Counted from the stretch's first letter, positions 44,478 through 58,678 are shown. The stretch is 64,000 bases of DNA from an uncultured Planctomycetaceae bacterium (GCA_963785305.1 CAWAUV010000004.1:416001-480000); one strand, 5' to 3'. Notes: a model not told the origin generated them from the sequence alone. Translations and numbers: made by a program.

Positions 44478-46030
44478 TCATCGCGGATGCGCGCGAGCCG
44501 TATCGCTCGCCCAGGCATATGCGGGACTCACGGCGTTTTTGGCGGGGGGCTCGACCACATGGCTCGGCCGCGGTTCGGCAGGCGCTCGGCGACGATCGCG
44601 TCGATGGGCGATGAGCCCCAGGCCCAGGCCCAACATCAGCGCCGCGGTCAGGCCCACCGCCAACGTGACCGCCGGCTTCGGGCTCACCGGCGTCAGGCAG
44701 AGCGTGGGCGCTTGAAGAATGCTGAGGCTTGAAATCTTCGCTTCTTCCAATTCTTGGTTGATGCGGGCTTGTTCAAGATTCTCCGAGTATTTTCGCGAGT
44801 TGGCTCGCGCAGGTCGATCTCGCGATCGAGGCGATTGACTTCGACCTCGATATCATTGAGCTTGCGAATCCCGGCGCCGGCGGCGGCGATTCGTTCGTCG
44901 AGCGATTGGAGCCGGGCTCCGACCGCCACCAGCGCCGCCTCGCGCTCCTGCACCGCCAACTCGGCCGCTTGATGGGTTTGATTGATGCCGGTTTTCACGG
45001 CCGGCGGCGCCTTTTCGAGCAGGTAGATTCGCCGCGCTTCGGCAAGTTGGTCCTGAATCTCGATCAGTTGCGGATGGTTCGTCGTGTAACGGGCCGAAAG
45101 CTCTTTTTCGCGAATCTCGAGGTCATACAACTTCTGCCGCAGCACCTGATCCGTCGAATGCGGCTGGCCCGTGGTTTGTTCGGTGACGCTCACCGCGGGA
45201 AATTCTCGCAGTTGTTGGCGGCGGCGCGTGAGCTCGGCTTCGATTGCGTCGCGTTCGCTGCGTGCTCGCGCGGCGTCGGCCTGTAGCGAGCCGATCATTT
45301 GCAGTTGCAAATCGCGCTGGGTGGCGAGCGCGGCGACTCCGCTTTCGTTTTTCAGCGCCCGCTGCCGTTCTTCGAGTTCGGTGAGATGTTGATTTTGCGA
45401 GTCGGCTTGGGCGATGAAAAATTCTTGGGATCCCTTCGTGCGATGCACGCGCAGATGCTCGTCGGACACGAACGCCATGAGCGATTGGAGCATTCGTTGG
45501 GCAAGTTCGGGATCGTCGCATTCGTAGCTCACGCTCACGACATTCGTCTTGGCGCCGGCCGAGACCTTGAGGCTCTCTTGAAAAGCCCTCACCGCCTTGT
45601 CGCGCAGGCTATACACGCGAAACGGATTCAAGTTCAAATGATTGAGCCCCGAGAAGCGCTCGTCGAGCCGCAGACCCGAGCGGCCTGGAGTCTTTTGCAA
45701 GATCACATCCTCGCCGAATTCATCGACCATGTGTTCGGCGAGCGGCCGGCTGGTAAGCATTTCTTCGATCGCAAAGAGTTCGCTCCCGCGCGAGTCGGCC
45801 ACCGCCATGAGCGGTCCGGTGGCCGCCGTGGGGTCGAGGCTCACGGTTTCACGACCGACGCGCAGGAATATCTTGGCTTCCGACTGATACTTGCGCGGCG
45901 CGAGCGAGAAGTAAGCGAGCGTGAGCGCGATGCCGACCGCGAATCCGAGAAACAGCACCGCCTTGTGACGCAGCGCGATTTCCAGCGGGCCGGGAGCATC
46001 GTCGTGCCGCGCGTCTAGTAAACTTTGCAT
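44478..46030 (-). CDS. GumC/Wzz-type polysaccharide co-polymerase (frameshift near 44795)
   Basis: N-terminal TM plus RKYQSEAKIF, long coiled coil with YTTNHP, PVSPK plus C-terminal TM. Confidence 0.85.
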
Positions 46031-46552
46031 ACGACCCTTGCTTTTCGAAGTCCGCGTACGATCCGTCCGTGGAACCATGATTCTTCGCGGCACTCGAGAA
46101 TTCAATCCCCAAAATGGATAAAACAGAAGTCATGCACCTCGAAGGCGCCTGTTTTTTAGCGGCTTTTTTAATTTTTCCACGCCCTTGGCCGAGTCCTTGA
46201 CCGAGCTCATATCCGATCGAAGCGGCGAAGCGCAAAAGCACCGCACTCGACGCGGCGCCATGCGAACCAGAGCGACATAAAAGGTCCCATTTTGCGGCGC
46301 GCTCGGCTCAGAATAAGACATTTGCCGCGTCGAAGGCATGCGGCCAAGATGGCGATTGGCGTTGATTGGGGGGGCATGGGCGAAAAGGCTCCACGCGGTC
46401 GAACGGCATTCAAGTAACTCCGTCGGTTTCATGCGCTGTTCTGCTTTCGAACGTAGCTGCGCGGAACCTAGCCGCGACACGCCCGACGCGCTGGCGCCGC
46501 CGGTGGCGCGTAAGGCGAGCGAGGCCCAAAAACCGTTCGACGACACGCCTTA

Positions 46553-46569
46553 TGCAAACTCGGCGCCAG
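46553..46569 (-). promoter_or_regulatory. sigma54-type -24/-12 promoter facing the polysaccharide operon
   Basis: Minus strand CTGGCGC-CGAGT-TTGCA. Confidence 0.6.
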
Positions 46570-46665
46570 AGTGGCGTTCGCGGCGCGGCCAGTTGAATAT
46601 TTCAACAGGGTAATAGACCGCCCTCGCAGGATCGCGGCGAGCTACGTGGCCGAGCCCGCTTGCGT

Positions 46666-47307
46666 TCAGCGCATGTGATAAGCGCGATAGATCGGCGCGG
46701 CGCCCGAGATAAGTGGCGGGAAGCACCTTTGCCGCTCGAGGGCAAATTGCTTGGCAAGAGCCGGAACCAAGCGCTCGCGTCGCTGTGCGTAGTCGTCGCG
46801 CGCGCTGGCCCCGGTCCACATTCGCAAAGCCGCGTCGAGCAGCGGAGAACTGGCCGGACTCACGAACACGAGCCGGCCCCCGGGCCGCAGCACCCGGCGC
46901 AGCTCGAGCGCGGCGGCGTCGATATCGTCGATGAATTCCAGACTGCTCACGCCAACCAGGCAATCGAAGTATCCATCGGCATGGGGCAGCGCCGCGGCCG
47001 AGGCCCGGATCAGTTGGGCCGCGACGCCCGCCGCGGCCAGTCGCTCGGTGACCTCGAGCGAATATTCGTGAACATCGGCGCCGTGCAGTTCGCGACAGTG
47101 CCGGGAGAGCTCGGGCATGAACACGCCACTGCCATAGCCCACCTCGAGCAGCCGGTCGACCGGCGCCGAGGGCAATAGCGAGCGCACCAGCGAAAACCGC
47201 CGGCGCTGCAACCAGCCGAGCACGAAGCGATAGTTCCAGTCGGCGTGGTCGACCGGCCCGGTGCGAATCAATTCGGCGGGGGCAAGCAGGCGAGCCCGAG
47301 CGGCCAT
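46666..47307 (-). CDS. Class I SAM-dependent methyltransferase
   Basis: LLEVGYGSG, ALPHADGYFD, ELRRVLRPGG. Confidence 0.9.
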   Translation of the reverse strand: MAARARLLAPAELIRTGPVDHADWNYRFVLGWLQRRRFSLVRSLLPSAPVDRLLEVGYGSGVFMPELSRHCRELHGADVHEYSLEVTERLAAAGVAAQLIRASAAALPHADGYFDCLVGVSSLEFIDDIDAAALELRRVLRPGGRLVFVSPASSPLLDAALRMWTGASARDDYAQRRERLVPALAKQFALERQRCFPPLISGAAPIYRAYHMR

Positions 47308-47468
47308 GGTGTCGAGGCGCCCTTTTTTTGCGAGGTTGTCAGGCGAATGAATCGTCAAGGAGTAAGGACCGCGGGGCGGGTCTATCGTAAGCAGCGGCGC
47401 GGGCGGCGAACACCCCGTGAAGCGATTGCTGAAAAAATATATGAAATACGATCAAAGTAAAAAAATGG

Positions 47469-47497
47469 TTGACAATGCGGGTAACCGCAGTTATGCT
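47469..47497 (+). promoter_or_regulatory. Strong sigma70 promoter with operator-like palindrome in the spacer
   Basis: TTGACA-17 bp-TATGCT; upstream A-tracts; spacer holds TGCGG-GTAA-CCGCA. Confidence 0.7.
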
Positions 47498-47987
47498 CCA
47501 CCCAACCGCTAGATACGGACTTGCACGCGTGGTGTGATTCCGCGTTTGTAGCGGATAGCCGCCAGGATCGAACGATTTCCGAGGCTATTGCTCTCGACTT
47601 CGTAATGTCTTGTGCGGTAAATCCCGTCATTTCGATCCGATTGACCATTTTGTTGGTGGGGAACCGCTCGGCGGGTTCCGGTGTTCGCGGCGCCGCCTTT
47701 TCGATTTTGCGGCGCCGGCGCTCGCTTCATTTTTGGCTCTCGATTGTCGCAGTGGATCGCAGTTTTGCGGTCAGTTCACGTTCAATACTCTCGTCTCGAC
47801 ACTCGCTATGACTTGGATGCCGGCGCTCGATTGCTCCGGTCCGAATCGCTCCGACCGTGATTCCGCAAATATTCGATCGCTTCGCTGAATCGCGGCGGTA
47901 ACAAGGGAAACCAACTCATGTCGCAGCACCGCTTCCGCGGAATGTCAGCCATGGCGCTCTCACGCAATTCCCTCGCCCGCTCCGGCG

Positions 47988-50900
47988 ATGTGGTTTCATG
48001 CGGCTCGCCGCGGCCGCTGGTACTGCCTTGCAAAGGCGCTGCGCGGCGCCGGGCTAGTCGTGTTCTTGCTCGCGGTGGTCGCCGCAAGCGTTCTTGCCGA
48101 TCGCCGCGCCGAGGCCCAAACCTGGAGCGGCACGACCAGTGGCACATGGAGCGTCGTGGGCGCGGGAGGCAACTGGTCGAACTCGGCCAGCTATCCCGGC
48201 TCGACGAGTGGAACCACCAACGGCAATACGGCGCTCTTCAACAACGCCGGCAATACCTTCACGACGATCTATCTCGACAATACTTATAATGTCGGGAATT
48301 TCACGTTCGACACCGCCGCCGCCGCCTACACGATTGGCGGCGTTACGTCGCCCGGCGGACCGAGCACCGCCGGCGCCGGCAATTCCCTGCTGCTGACCAA
48401 CAACGGCACGATTCAGCTCACCTCCGGACTCGTCGGCAGCGGTCTCACCGAGCTCTTCAACGCTCCGATCGTGCTCGAACCCTCATCGGGGACCGCGGCC
48501 GGCGCCTATACTTTTACAAACAATTCCTCGACGGCGCTCAACGATATCCTCGATTTCGCGGGCCCGATCTCCGGCGGCACGACGACGAACACCGTCACGC
48601 TCAATCTCAACGGCACGAGCGGCAGCGGCAATATCATCAGCGGAGCGATCTCGAATGGCGCCGCGTCCTCCGTGGCCGTCACGCTCAACAATTCGGGAAC
48701 ATGGACCTTCTCCGGCGCGAATACCTACACCGGCGCCACGACGATCACCAACGGCACGCTCGATGTCTCTGGCTCCCTCGGCGCGACGACGGTCAATCTG
48801 AACAACAGCACCAGCCAATTGAATGTGCTAAGCGGCTCGCTCACCGGATCGACGGTCAATGTCAACAGCGGCGGGTTCGCATTGGATGGATCGCTGACGA
48901 ACACCGCGGTCAAGGTCGTCAACGGCACATTCATCGAAACAGCCGCCAGCACCATCGGCGGTAGTTCGTCGCTGTATTTCATCAATCCCAACGCCACGGT
49001 CACGCTCCAGGGAACGAACACCTACACCGGCTCGACCACGGTCGCGGCGGGCACACTGATCCTGAGCACGCCGCTCGCCAGTTCGGCGGTCATCGTCGAT
49101 AGCGGCGCCACGCTCACGCTTCCCGCCGCCAATGCGATCACCGGCGCCTCGAGCCTCACGACCAATGGCGGCAGCATCACGTTCAGCTACTCCAACAATT
49201 ATACCGGCGCCACAAGTCTGCTCGGCGGCTCGATGTATTTGAACATTCCCAACGCGATTCCCGCGGGCCCGACGCTCACGATCGGAGTCAACTCGAACTA
49301 CGGCGTCGATCTCGACAATTCCTCCGGCGCCCCGGTCACGCTCACCAGCAACAATGCGATCACCGTGGCCAGCAGAGTCAGCTTCGGCGGCACGAACAGC
49401 CTCGACATGGGATCGGGCGCCGTGAACCTCAACGGCTCCGACACCTTTACGCTCATCGGCAACAATTCCAACACGCTCTCCTTCGATGGCCAAGTGAGCA
49501 GCAGCACCGGAGCGGTCACCACCACGGTCAACAATCTGGCCGGAGTCGTCGGAGAGACGCTCAACTTCGGCAGCTTCTCGGTCGCGGGCAATGTCGACTC
49601 GTTTAACGGCAGCGGCAACCTCAATATCGCGAATGGCGTCACCGGCACATCGGGCGGCCTCACCTATTCGGGTTCGGGAGTGATGTCGATCTCGGGCGCG
49701 AGTAGCTATTCCGGCACGACCCAATTAACGGGCGCGGGCACTTTGATTTTCAATAGTCCCCTAACGAGCGGCGCCGTGACCGCCTCGAACGGCGTGTTCT
49801 ACACTTCCAGCAGCGCCTCGATCACCGCGCCCTCGCTGACCGAATCCGGCGGCGCGGGCATGGTGCTCAACGCCGCGAACACGATCTCGACCAGCACGAC
49901 GCTTTCGGGCGGCACGCTATTTCTGAACAACGCCGGCGCGCTCGGCGGCGGCGGTACCCTCACGATTTCCGGCGGCACGGTCGACAACACGAGCGGTCCG
50001 ATCAATAACCCGGTCGCCAATGCGATCGTGCTTAGTTCGGCGAACGCCCTGACGATCAGCAACAATTTCAATTTCGGCGGCTCCGGCAGTCTGACGATTC
50101 CCGATGCCTTTACGATTCCCGCGAAAACCGTCACGCTCAACGCCGCGAACGCCAACACCCTCACGCTGGGCGGCGCGATGACTCTTTCGGGCAACACGAC
50201 GTTGAGCGTGAACAACGGGACCGGCTACGCGGGCGAGACCCTCGTGCTCTCCGGCAACGAAACTCCCACGACCAATGCCATCACGTTCGGCGTTAACGGA
50301 AGCGGCAACGTCACGATCTCGGGCGGCCTCGAATCGATCTCGGGCACTTCGACCAATTCGGCGTTTACGTATTCCGGCACCGGAACGCTCGTGATGAGCG
50401 GGGCCAGCAACAATGGCGGCTCGACTCAGTTCAACAACGGCACGACGATCCTCACCGGATCGCTCGGAAATCTCTACCCCTCGAGCCTCTCCAGCGGCGG
50501 GGCGGCGGTCTATGATCAGAACTCGATCTTCAACGAGACCGGAACCGGGTCGATCCTGAACGCTTCTACTTTCACGGTGCAAAATTTCGGGGCGGTGGCG
50601 ACTCTCAGCGGCGCCAACTCCTACACGGGCGCGACCACGGTCAACTACGCGCAGCTCAACCTCGACTTCTCGCAGTCCGGCGCACCAACGACCAATATCC
50701 TCTACAATGGCGTCACCGCCGCCACCTTCAATATGACCGATGGCGTGGTCAATATCATCGGCGCTCCCGGCGGGGCCAATTCCCAAGCGTTCGGGACCGT
50801 TGCCCTGGGTAGCAACACGAGCTCGACGATTTCGCTCATTCAAAACGGCGCGACGAGCATCGCCCTCAACTTCGCGGGCCTTACCCGCAATACTCAAACC

Positions 50901-53900
50901 ACGCTCGATTTCACGATTCCCTCGGCCGATACGGTGACCACCACCGCCGTGGCCGACACGACCAATGGCATCTTGACCAATGGGGCCAACGGGGCCGCTT
51001 TCGTCACCTTCGGCGGCGGGGCCACCTGGGCCACCAATACGAGCGGGACCATCGGCGGACTCGCGAGCTATGCGACCGGCGTCGCGAACTACACCGCCAC
51101 CAACAATATCGACGTCACTGGCGGCGACGCTCCCGCCGCCAGTAGCACGGTCAACTCCCTCCGCTTCGACTCGCTCGCCGCCGGTGGAACCCTCACCCTC
51201 AGCGGCGCCGCGAACATCATCGGAACCGGCGGCATTCTGGTCACCGCGAATACCCTGGGCAACGCCGCCACGATCACCGGCGGATCGATCGCTCCCGGAA
51301 CGGGCGGCAAGGAAATCGTGGTCATCGACTACGGCGCACTCAATATCGCCTCGAACATCGTCAACAATGGATCGAACGCCACGGCCCTCACGATCGCCGG
51401 CCCGGGACTCACCACGCTCTCCGGCGCCAACACATATACCGGCGCCACGAGCGTCGACGCTGGCGCGGCGCTCGTGCTCTCCGGATCGATGACGAACAAC
51501 GGCAGCACGACCGTCTACACGAGCGCCACGTTCATCGAAACCACGACCGGCTCGATCAGCGCCGGCAATATCACGGAAAACGGCAACTATTCACAGTTGG
51601 TTCTCAATGGCGCGAACACCACGACCGGCAATGTCACCGCCGACAGCGGCGACATGCAATTAACGAATCTAGCGACCAACGTGCAAAACGCGACTTTGCA
51701 ACTCAACGGCGGAACCGTGCAGTTGATGGCCGACTCGAGCTCGATGCTCGTCGACGCCGCCACGCAGCTCACCAACAACGCGACGGTCGACGTCGGCCAC
51801 TTTACCGCCGGCAATACCGGAAACACGCTCACGATTCCAAGTATCGTGCAAACGGGCGCTGCGCGCGCACGCTCACGCTTTTGAATCTCGCGGGCGATGG
51901 TTACGGTCTCGCGATCAGTTCGTTGGGGCTTTCAACGACGGGCGGCACGGGCGAGACAACCGCCGTGACCGCGAACACCGTGGTCACGATCGGCGCGGTG
52001 ACCAACCCGATGACGAGCTTCGCCTCGAATCAATACGACAATCTGCAATTGCAAGGGAGCTATGCGGCCATCGGAGGCACGGTCACCGGCGTGATCTCGG
52101 ACTCGGCCACCGGCGGCATTTATAGCGGCGGTTATACCCAAGTCACCATGCAGAACGGTTACTGGACCCTCGGCGGCGCCAACACCTACACCGGCAACAC
52201 GATCCTCAACGGCGGTCAACTCGCGCTCACCTCGACCGGCACGCTCGGCATTCAGACCTCGCCGGGCGTGTTGCAGTTCAACGGCGGCGGCCTCGACACC
52301 GCCGGCAACACGATCGCCAACGCGGTCACGCTCACCAGCAACATGAACCTTGGCGGAGTCGGCGCGACTTTCAACGGAATGGTGACGCTCTCCAACAATA
52401 ACTATGTGCTGGGCGACAATGCCTCGGGCGTCACCACTTTGGCTGGCGGCGTCACGCTCAACAACTACACGCTCACCCCCGAGTCCTCGGGCTCCATCAC
52501 GATTTCAGGATCAATATCGGGCTCGGGCGGACTCACGCTCGACAACACGGGTGTCATGACCCTTTCGGGCAACAATTCCTATAACGGCGCAACCAACCTG
52601 AATTCCGGCACGCTGGCGCTGAATAGCGGGGGCGCGCTCGGCTACGGAACTTTGAGCATCGGCGCCGCCACGCTCGACAATACCAGCGGCGCTCCGGTGA
52701 CGGAGTACAACAATCCGGCGGTCACGATCAACGGCAACTTCAATTTCGGCGGCTCGAACAGTTTGAATTTGGGAACCGGCAATGTAACTATAAATAACGC
52801 TCCCAATAATGTTACGCAGCACGTCATTAATCTCGATGGCGACAACGCGAACACGCTGACCCTCGGCGGAACCTACACTCAAGGCGGGAGTTTCACGCTG
52901 ACGGTCAACAATGGCCCCGACGCCGCGGGCGAATCGCTGGTCTTCGGCTCGACGGGCTACAATTTCAATCTCTCGAACAGCGGCACGGGATACACCGCGA
53001 CCTTCGCCGGCAATGGCAACGTCACGATCAACAGCAGTATCGTGAATAGCAACGGCGGTTCGCCGAATCGCGCCCTCGCCTACTCCGGTTTTGGCACGCT
53101 CTCGCTCACCGGATACAACAGTTATTCGGGCTCCACCACGATCTCGAACGGCGCCGTCGATCTCCTGTCGGGCTCGATCTCCGCGAGCTCGCTCACGGTC
53201 AACGCCGGCGGAAGTTTCGTTGAGTCGTTGGGCGCCGGCTACGGCAGCACGAATCAATCGATCACGATTCGCGGCGGCGCCGTAACGCTCGGTGGAACAA
53301 ACAACTCGTACACCGGCAATACCGCGATGTACTACGGCTCGCTCACCTATCAGATGGGTTCGAGCTCGCCCTTTGCCGGCGGGCAATTCGGATCCACGAC
53401 CTCGACCCAATATCTGGGCGGCACTTTCACCGTGTTGGGAACCAACAACAATAGCTACAACGACACTCAAATCATCACCAACACGCAACTCCTCGCCAAT
53501 ACCAGCAGCCAGATCATCGCCAATCAAAATGGCGACAATAGTCTCTATCTGACATTCACGAACTTCACCCGCAACGGCGAAACCACGGTCGACTTCACGC
53601 TGCCGGCAACAACAGGCACGATCACGATGCCCACCTCGCTTTCCGATGGCGCCACCAAGGGCAATATCCTGACCGCCGGCACGAACGGCGTCGCTTTCGC
53701 CACCGTGGGCGGCCAAACCTGGGCCACGAATAGCGCCACGGGCGTCGTCGGCGCCCTTCCCGACGCGAGCTATGCCACCGGCGCCGCGAACTATACCACC
53801 AACAACAATATCGACGTCGGCGCCGGCGGCTCGCCCGACTCGCTGTCGAGCAATTTCACCGTCAATACGCTCCGCTTCAACACTCCCGGCGCCGACGCAA

Positions 53901-56900
53901 CGCTCACGCTCGGGAGCGCCGTGGTTGGCAATATTTACACCGGCGGTATTCTGGTCACATCGAACGCCGGCGCCGCCACGATCTCCGGCGGCACGCTCAA
54001 GCCAAACGCCAACGAATTCGAAATCATCAACAATGGCTCGCTCACCATCAATTCCGTACTTGCGAATAACGGCACATCCAATGTGGTGATCGCCAGCCCC
54101 AATGGCCAGGGCGTCACGACGCTCGCCGGCGCCAACACCTACACGGGTGAAACCTCCGTTGATACGAGCGCCACGCTGGTGCTCACCGGCTCGATTACAA
54201 ACAACGGTAGCGTCGTCGTGGCGCCATACGCCAACTTCTTCGAAACCTCGACTGGCTCGATCTCCGGAACCAGCGGCCTCACGCTGCAAAACGGCGCCGG
54301 ACAGGTCATTCTCGCCGGGGCGAACACCTTTACCGGCGCCACCAACCTCGCCGGCGGCTCCTTGATGCTCGAAAACGCCAACGCCCTTCAAAATTCGACC
54401 CTCACGTTCAATTCAGGCAACCTCGAGCTCCGCGCCGATGCGAACACCACCTTCGCCAATCCTGGCATCGTCGTGACCGGAACCACGACAATCGACGCCG
54501 GCTCGCTCACCTCGTCCGGCGGAAACAACACGTTGACGCTCGGTTCGGTGGCGATTGGCAACACCACGGGATATACACTCACGATCACCAACTCGACGAA
54601 CAACGGCGATGGCGTCGGCATCGGCACGTTTGGAACCGCGCTCACCAGTGGCCAGACCACGACATTCGTCGCCGACGCACCCTAACGATCGGGGCCATCG
54701 TGAATCAGCAGTCGGGCGGAACAGGCATTTATACCGCGGGTAACTACAGCACCATGGCGATCGAAGGCACGGTCGGCGGCTCGGTGACCGGCGTCATCTC
54801 CGACTCGATCGGCGGCGGCGCCCTGAACGGCCGCGGCGGGTACACTCCCATCACGGTCTACGCCGGCCAGTGGACCCTTTCGGGCAACAATACCTATTCG
54901 GCGCGACGGCGGTCGTCGGCGGAACGCTCACGCTCGACTCTCCGGTCAGCGCGACCACCAATTACATTCAAGTCAACGGCACGGTCGCCGAATTGAATAT
55001 CAATTCGGCAGGCGCTGGGCGCGAGCCCGCTGTATCTGAACAATGGCATTTTGGACAATACGAGCGGGTCCGATGTCACGATCACCACGGGCAACGCGGT
55101 CACTTTCGCGGGCGGAACGCACGTCTTCGGCGGCTCCGGAAACCTGAACATGGCCAATAGCCCTGTCTATTCCTACGGAGGAAATACGTTTACGCTGAAT
55201 AGCTCCGGTTCGGCCACGGCGGTCAGTCTCACCTTTGGCGCCGTGACGAATTATTCGCCCACGGCTCAAACGCTGACCGTGAACAACGCCTACAGCGGCG
55301 CGGTCGACACGCTGGTGCTCGGCGGCTACAACCTCGCGTCGGGCAATGCGCCGCTCAACGATATCTTTACCGGCAGTGGAAACATCACCATCAATGGGCC
55401 GATCACGGGTAGCAACGCCGCCGGCGAGGGCGCCATCGCCAGCGACCTGACCTATACCGGCACGGGAACCCTGACGATGGCCGCCGCCAACACCTACTCC
55501 GGCATGACCGTGGTGGAATATGGCGGCGCGGTGAATCTCGACTTCTCGCAAGCGACCTCGCCGACCTCGAATATCATCAGTTCGAGCTCGAACCTTTCGC
55601 TCGTGGGCAGTTCGCTCAGCGCCATCGCCGGCAGCGCCGCCAGCACGGCCTATTCACAAACCTTCGCCAGCGCCACGCTCGGCCAAGGCGGAAGCACGAT
55701 CTCGGCTTCCACCGCCGGGGGCGCGGGAAGTTCGATGGTCGTAAATCTGGGCATGTTGAACCGCGTGATCAATGGGGCCACGGTCAACTTCGCCCTGCCC
55801 TCGGGAGTCCAAAACGCCACGAACGGCATCACCACGACCGCGACGAACAATGTCTCCGGCATTCTCGGTGGCTGGGCGACGGTGGGCGGGGACTGGGCCA
55901 CGGTAAACGCCGGCGGCAATATCGTCGCCTACAGTGGTTACACCCCGTTTGTCGCCCAAGGCGGCTCCTCGAGCGTTAATTATGCCGAAAGCGGTTCGGC
56001 TTCGCTGGCGATCTCGGAAAACATGAATTCGCTCCAGATCACCGACACGGGCGCGGGTCAGTCACTCAACCTGGGCGCCAACAACTTGACCTTTTCCGGC
56101 AATCAAGGCGGATTGCTCTATGCCGGCGGAACCAGCGGCTCGTTTACCATCAATGGAACCGGTTACATCGGCGGCGGGCTCAATGGCGGCGTGTACCAAG
56201 AATTCATCGCCACGGTGACTTCGGGCGCCACGCTCGACATCAACGCCCCCCTGATCGGTTTCGACTCCGGCGGCAGCTTCACCAAGGGTGGCGCGGGAAC
56301 GCTCGTCGTCGGCGGCGAAAGCACCTATACCAATGGAACCTATGTCGCCGCCGGAACACTGCAACTGGGAACATCGAGCAGCCCGCTCGGCTCGGGCACG
56401 GTCTACGTGATGGGCTCCAGCGTGCTCGATCTCAATGGCCAAACGCTCAACAACACCATCAACCTCTATAGCAACGGGCCCATGATCAATGGTCAAGGCG
56501 CCGGAGGCATCATCAACTCGAACTCCACCACCACCGCCACGCTCTATGGCACGCTGGTCAGTTCCTATTCGCTCACCACGATCGGCGGCGCCGGCAACAT
56601 CATCGCTGAAGGCGCCCTGCAAAATCAGATCATCAAGGTCGGCGCGGGCACATTGACCTTGGCCGGTCCCACGGACAACGGCAATCTCACTCTCACGGTC
56701 AACGGCGGCACGGTCGTCTTGGCCAAGTCGGGCGGCGCCGGCGAATATCAAGCGATCGGCGGCAATGGCATGGTCATCAACAACGGCCTCGTGCAGTTCA
56801 GCGCCACCAGCAACAGCGGCAACGAAATCTACGATTCGGCCCCCACCACGATCAACCCGCAAGGCACGCTCGACTACAACGGCCAAAGCGAAACCCAGGG

Positions 56901-58676
56901 ACTCATCACCCTCCAAGGCGGTCAGTTGATCAACAGCAGCGCCGGCACGACTTCGGTCGTGTCGCTCGGGTTCAATACCAACAACGGCGCATGGGGAGTA
57001 ACGCTCAATGCGACCTCGACCGTGGGCGGCGATGGCAATCTGACGATCGTCAGTCCCATCATCGATGCTCCGACCAATAGCGGAGTCTCGCAGGGATTCG
57101 GCCTCACGAAGGTCGGCGCCGGAATCTTTACCTCGCTTAGCCCGAACACCTACACCGGCGCCACCACGATCAACGGCGGCGTTTTCAGCACCGCTCAAAT
57201 CCTACCCGGCGGCATTGCCAGCGGGATCGGCCAATCGCTCAATCTCGCGCAGTTCCTAGTGCTCAATGGCGGCACGCTTCAGTACACCGGCAGTGGAACC
57301 ACGACCGACCGACTCTTCACGCTTGGACCCGGTGGCGGCGGGCTCGATTCCTCGGGCGTCGGCGCCATCGCCTGGAACGGCAACTCGGTCACGACCGGAA
57401 CCGCCGCCGGCAACGCAATCGCGTTCTCCGGCTCCAACACGAGCCCCACGCTGACCTTCACCGGTTCCTATACCGGCAGCGCGAACACCTTCGCTCCGAT
57501 CATCGGCGACAATGGCTCGGGCGCGACCGGGGTGGCCATGACCGGGGCCGGAACCTGGCTGGTCACCGGAGCCAACACCTACAGCGGCGCCACCACGGTG
57601 TCGAGCGGAGTGCTCCAGGCCGGCGTCGCGACGAACGCATCCGCGACCTCGGGCGCCTTCGGCGTGAACTCGGCCGTGACCGTCGGCATGACGACCTCCG
57701 CCGCCACGCTCGATCTCAATGGCCTCAACGAATCGATCGGCTCGCTGGCCGGCAATGCCAACGGCGCCGTGTCGCTCGGCGTTGGAACGCTCACCGTGGG
57801 CGGCATTCCAAGCGCCAGCACCGTGTTCTCTGGCGTCATCACCGGCTCGGGCGGCCTCACGGTCACGGGCGGCGGCTGGCCCTGGCCGCCACGCTTGCCA
57901 ATCCCAATACCTACTCCGGGCCGACCACCGTCAGCGGCGGCTCGCTGTTTGTCGATGGGTATCATGGAACAAGCGGAGTGCCGATCGCCAATGTATACAC
58001 CATCGCCAGTGGCGGAACCCTCGGCGGCTCGGGGAGCATCTATCTGGCGAGCACGGTGGGCGGCGGGCCCAATCCGGGCGTGACCGTCAACGGCATCTTG
58101 GTGCCGGGCTACAATCCCAACAATCCCGCCGGTCCGGGCGCGACCGGCTTGGCCGTGAACGCGACTTCGGCCACGAACCCCGCGGTGACGCTCAACACCG
58201 GCTCGCAGTTCGACGCGTATCTGACCAGCAGCACCGCGTCGAGCAATTATGTGCCCACTTCGGGTCCACCGGGCACGAATTTGAACCTGCCGCCGGCCTC
58301 GTATCTCGATGTGACGACCGGCGTGGTCACGATTTCGACCGGCGTGACATTGAATCTGTTTGGCGATTCGAGCGTGCATGCCGGAGAGAGCTTCACGATC
58401 ATCGACCCCTCGACGACGAGCGGTCAGTTCTCGAGCGTCACGTTCACCGACCCCTCGAATCCGGGCCTTACGGCCCAGGTCTACTACAACCAGGGCCTCA
58501 CGGGCCAAGATGTGGTGGTGACCCTCGTGCCCGAGCCAAGCTCGTGGCTGCTGGCCGCGTTCTCCGCCGCGGGACTCCTCGGCTGGCAATGGCGCCGGCG
58601 CCGGAATGGATGCGTGGGGGAGATTCCAATTTTCAGTGGGCGGCTTTCTCGCCGAAAATCGAACACTGAACTCTGA
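47988..58676 (+). CDS. Giant (~3500 aa) autotransporter-type beta-strand-repeat adhesin with PEP-CTERM anchor (frameshifts near 51870, 54680, 54900, 55010, 57880-57960)
   Basis: Signal peptide ending AEA-Q; many SGANTYTGxTT repeats; continuous G/T/N/S-rich composition across five ORFs; VPEPSSWLLAAFSAAGLLGWQWRRRR. Confidence 0.88.
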
Positions 58677-58678
58677 CA

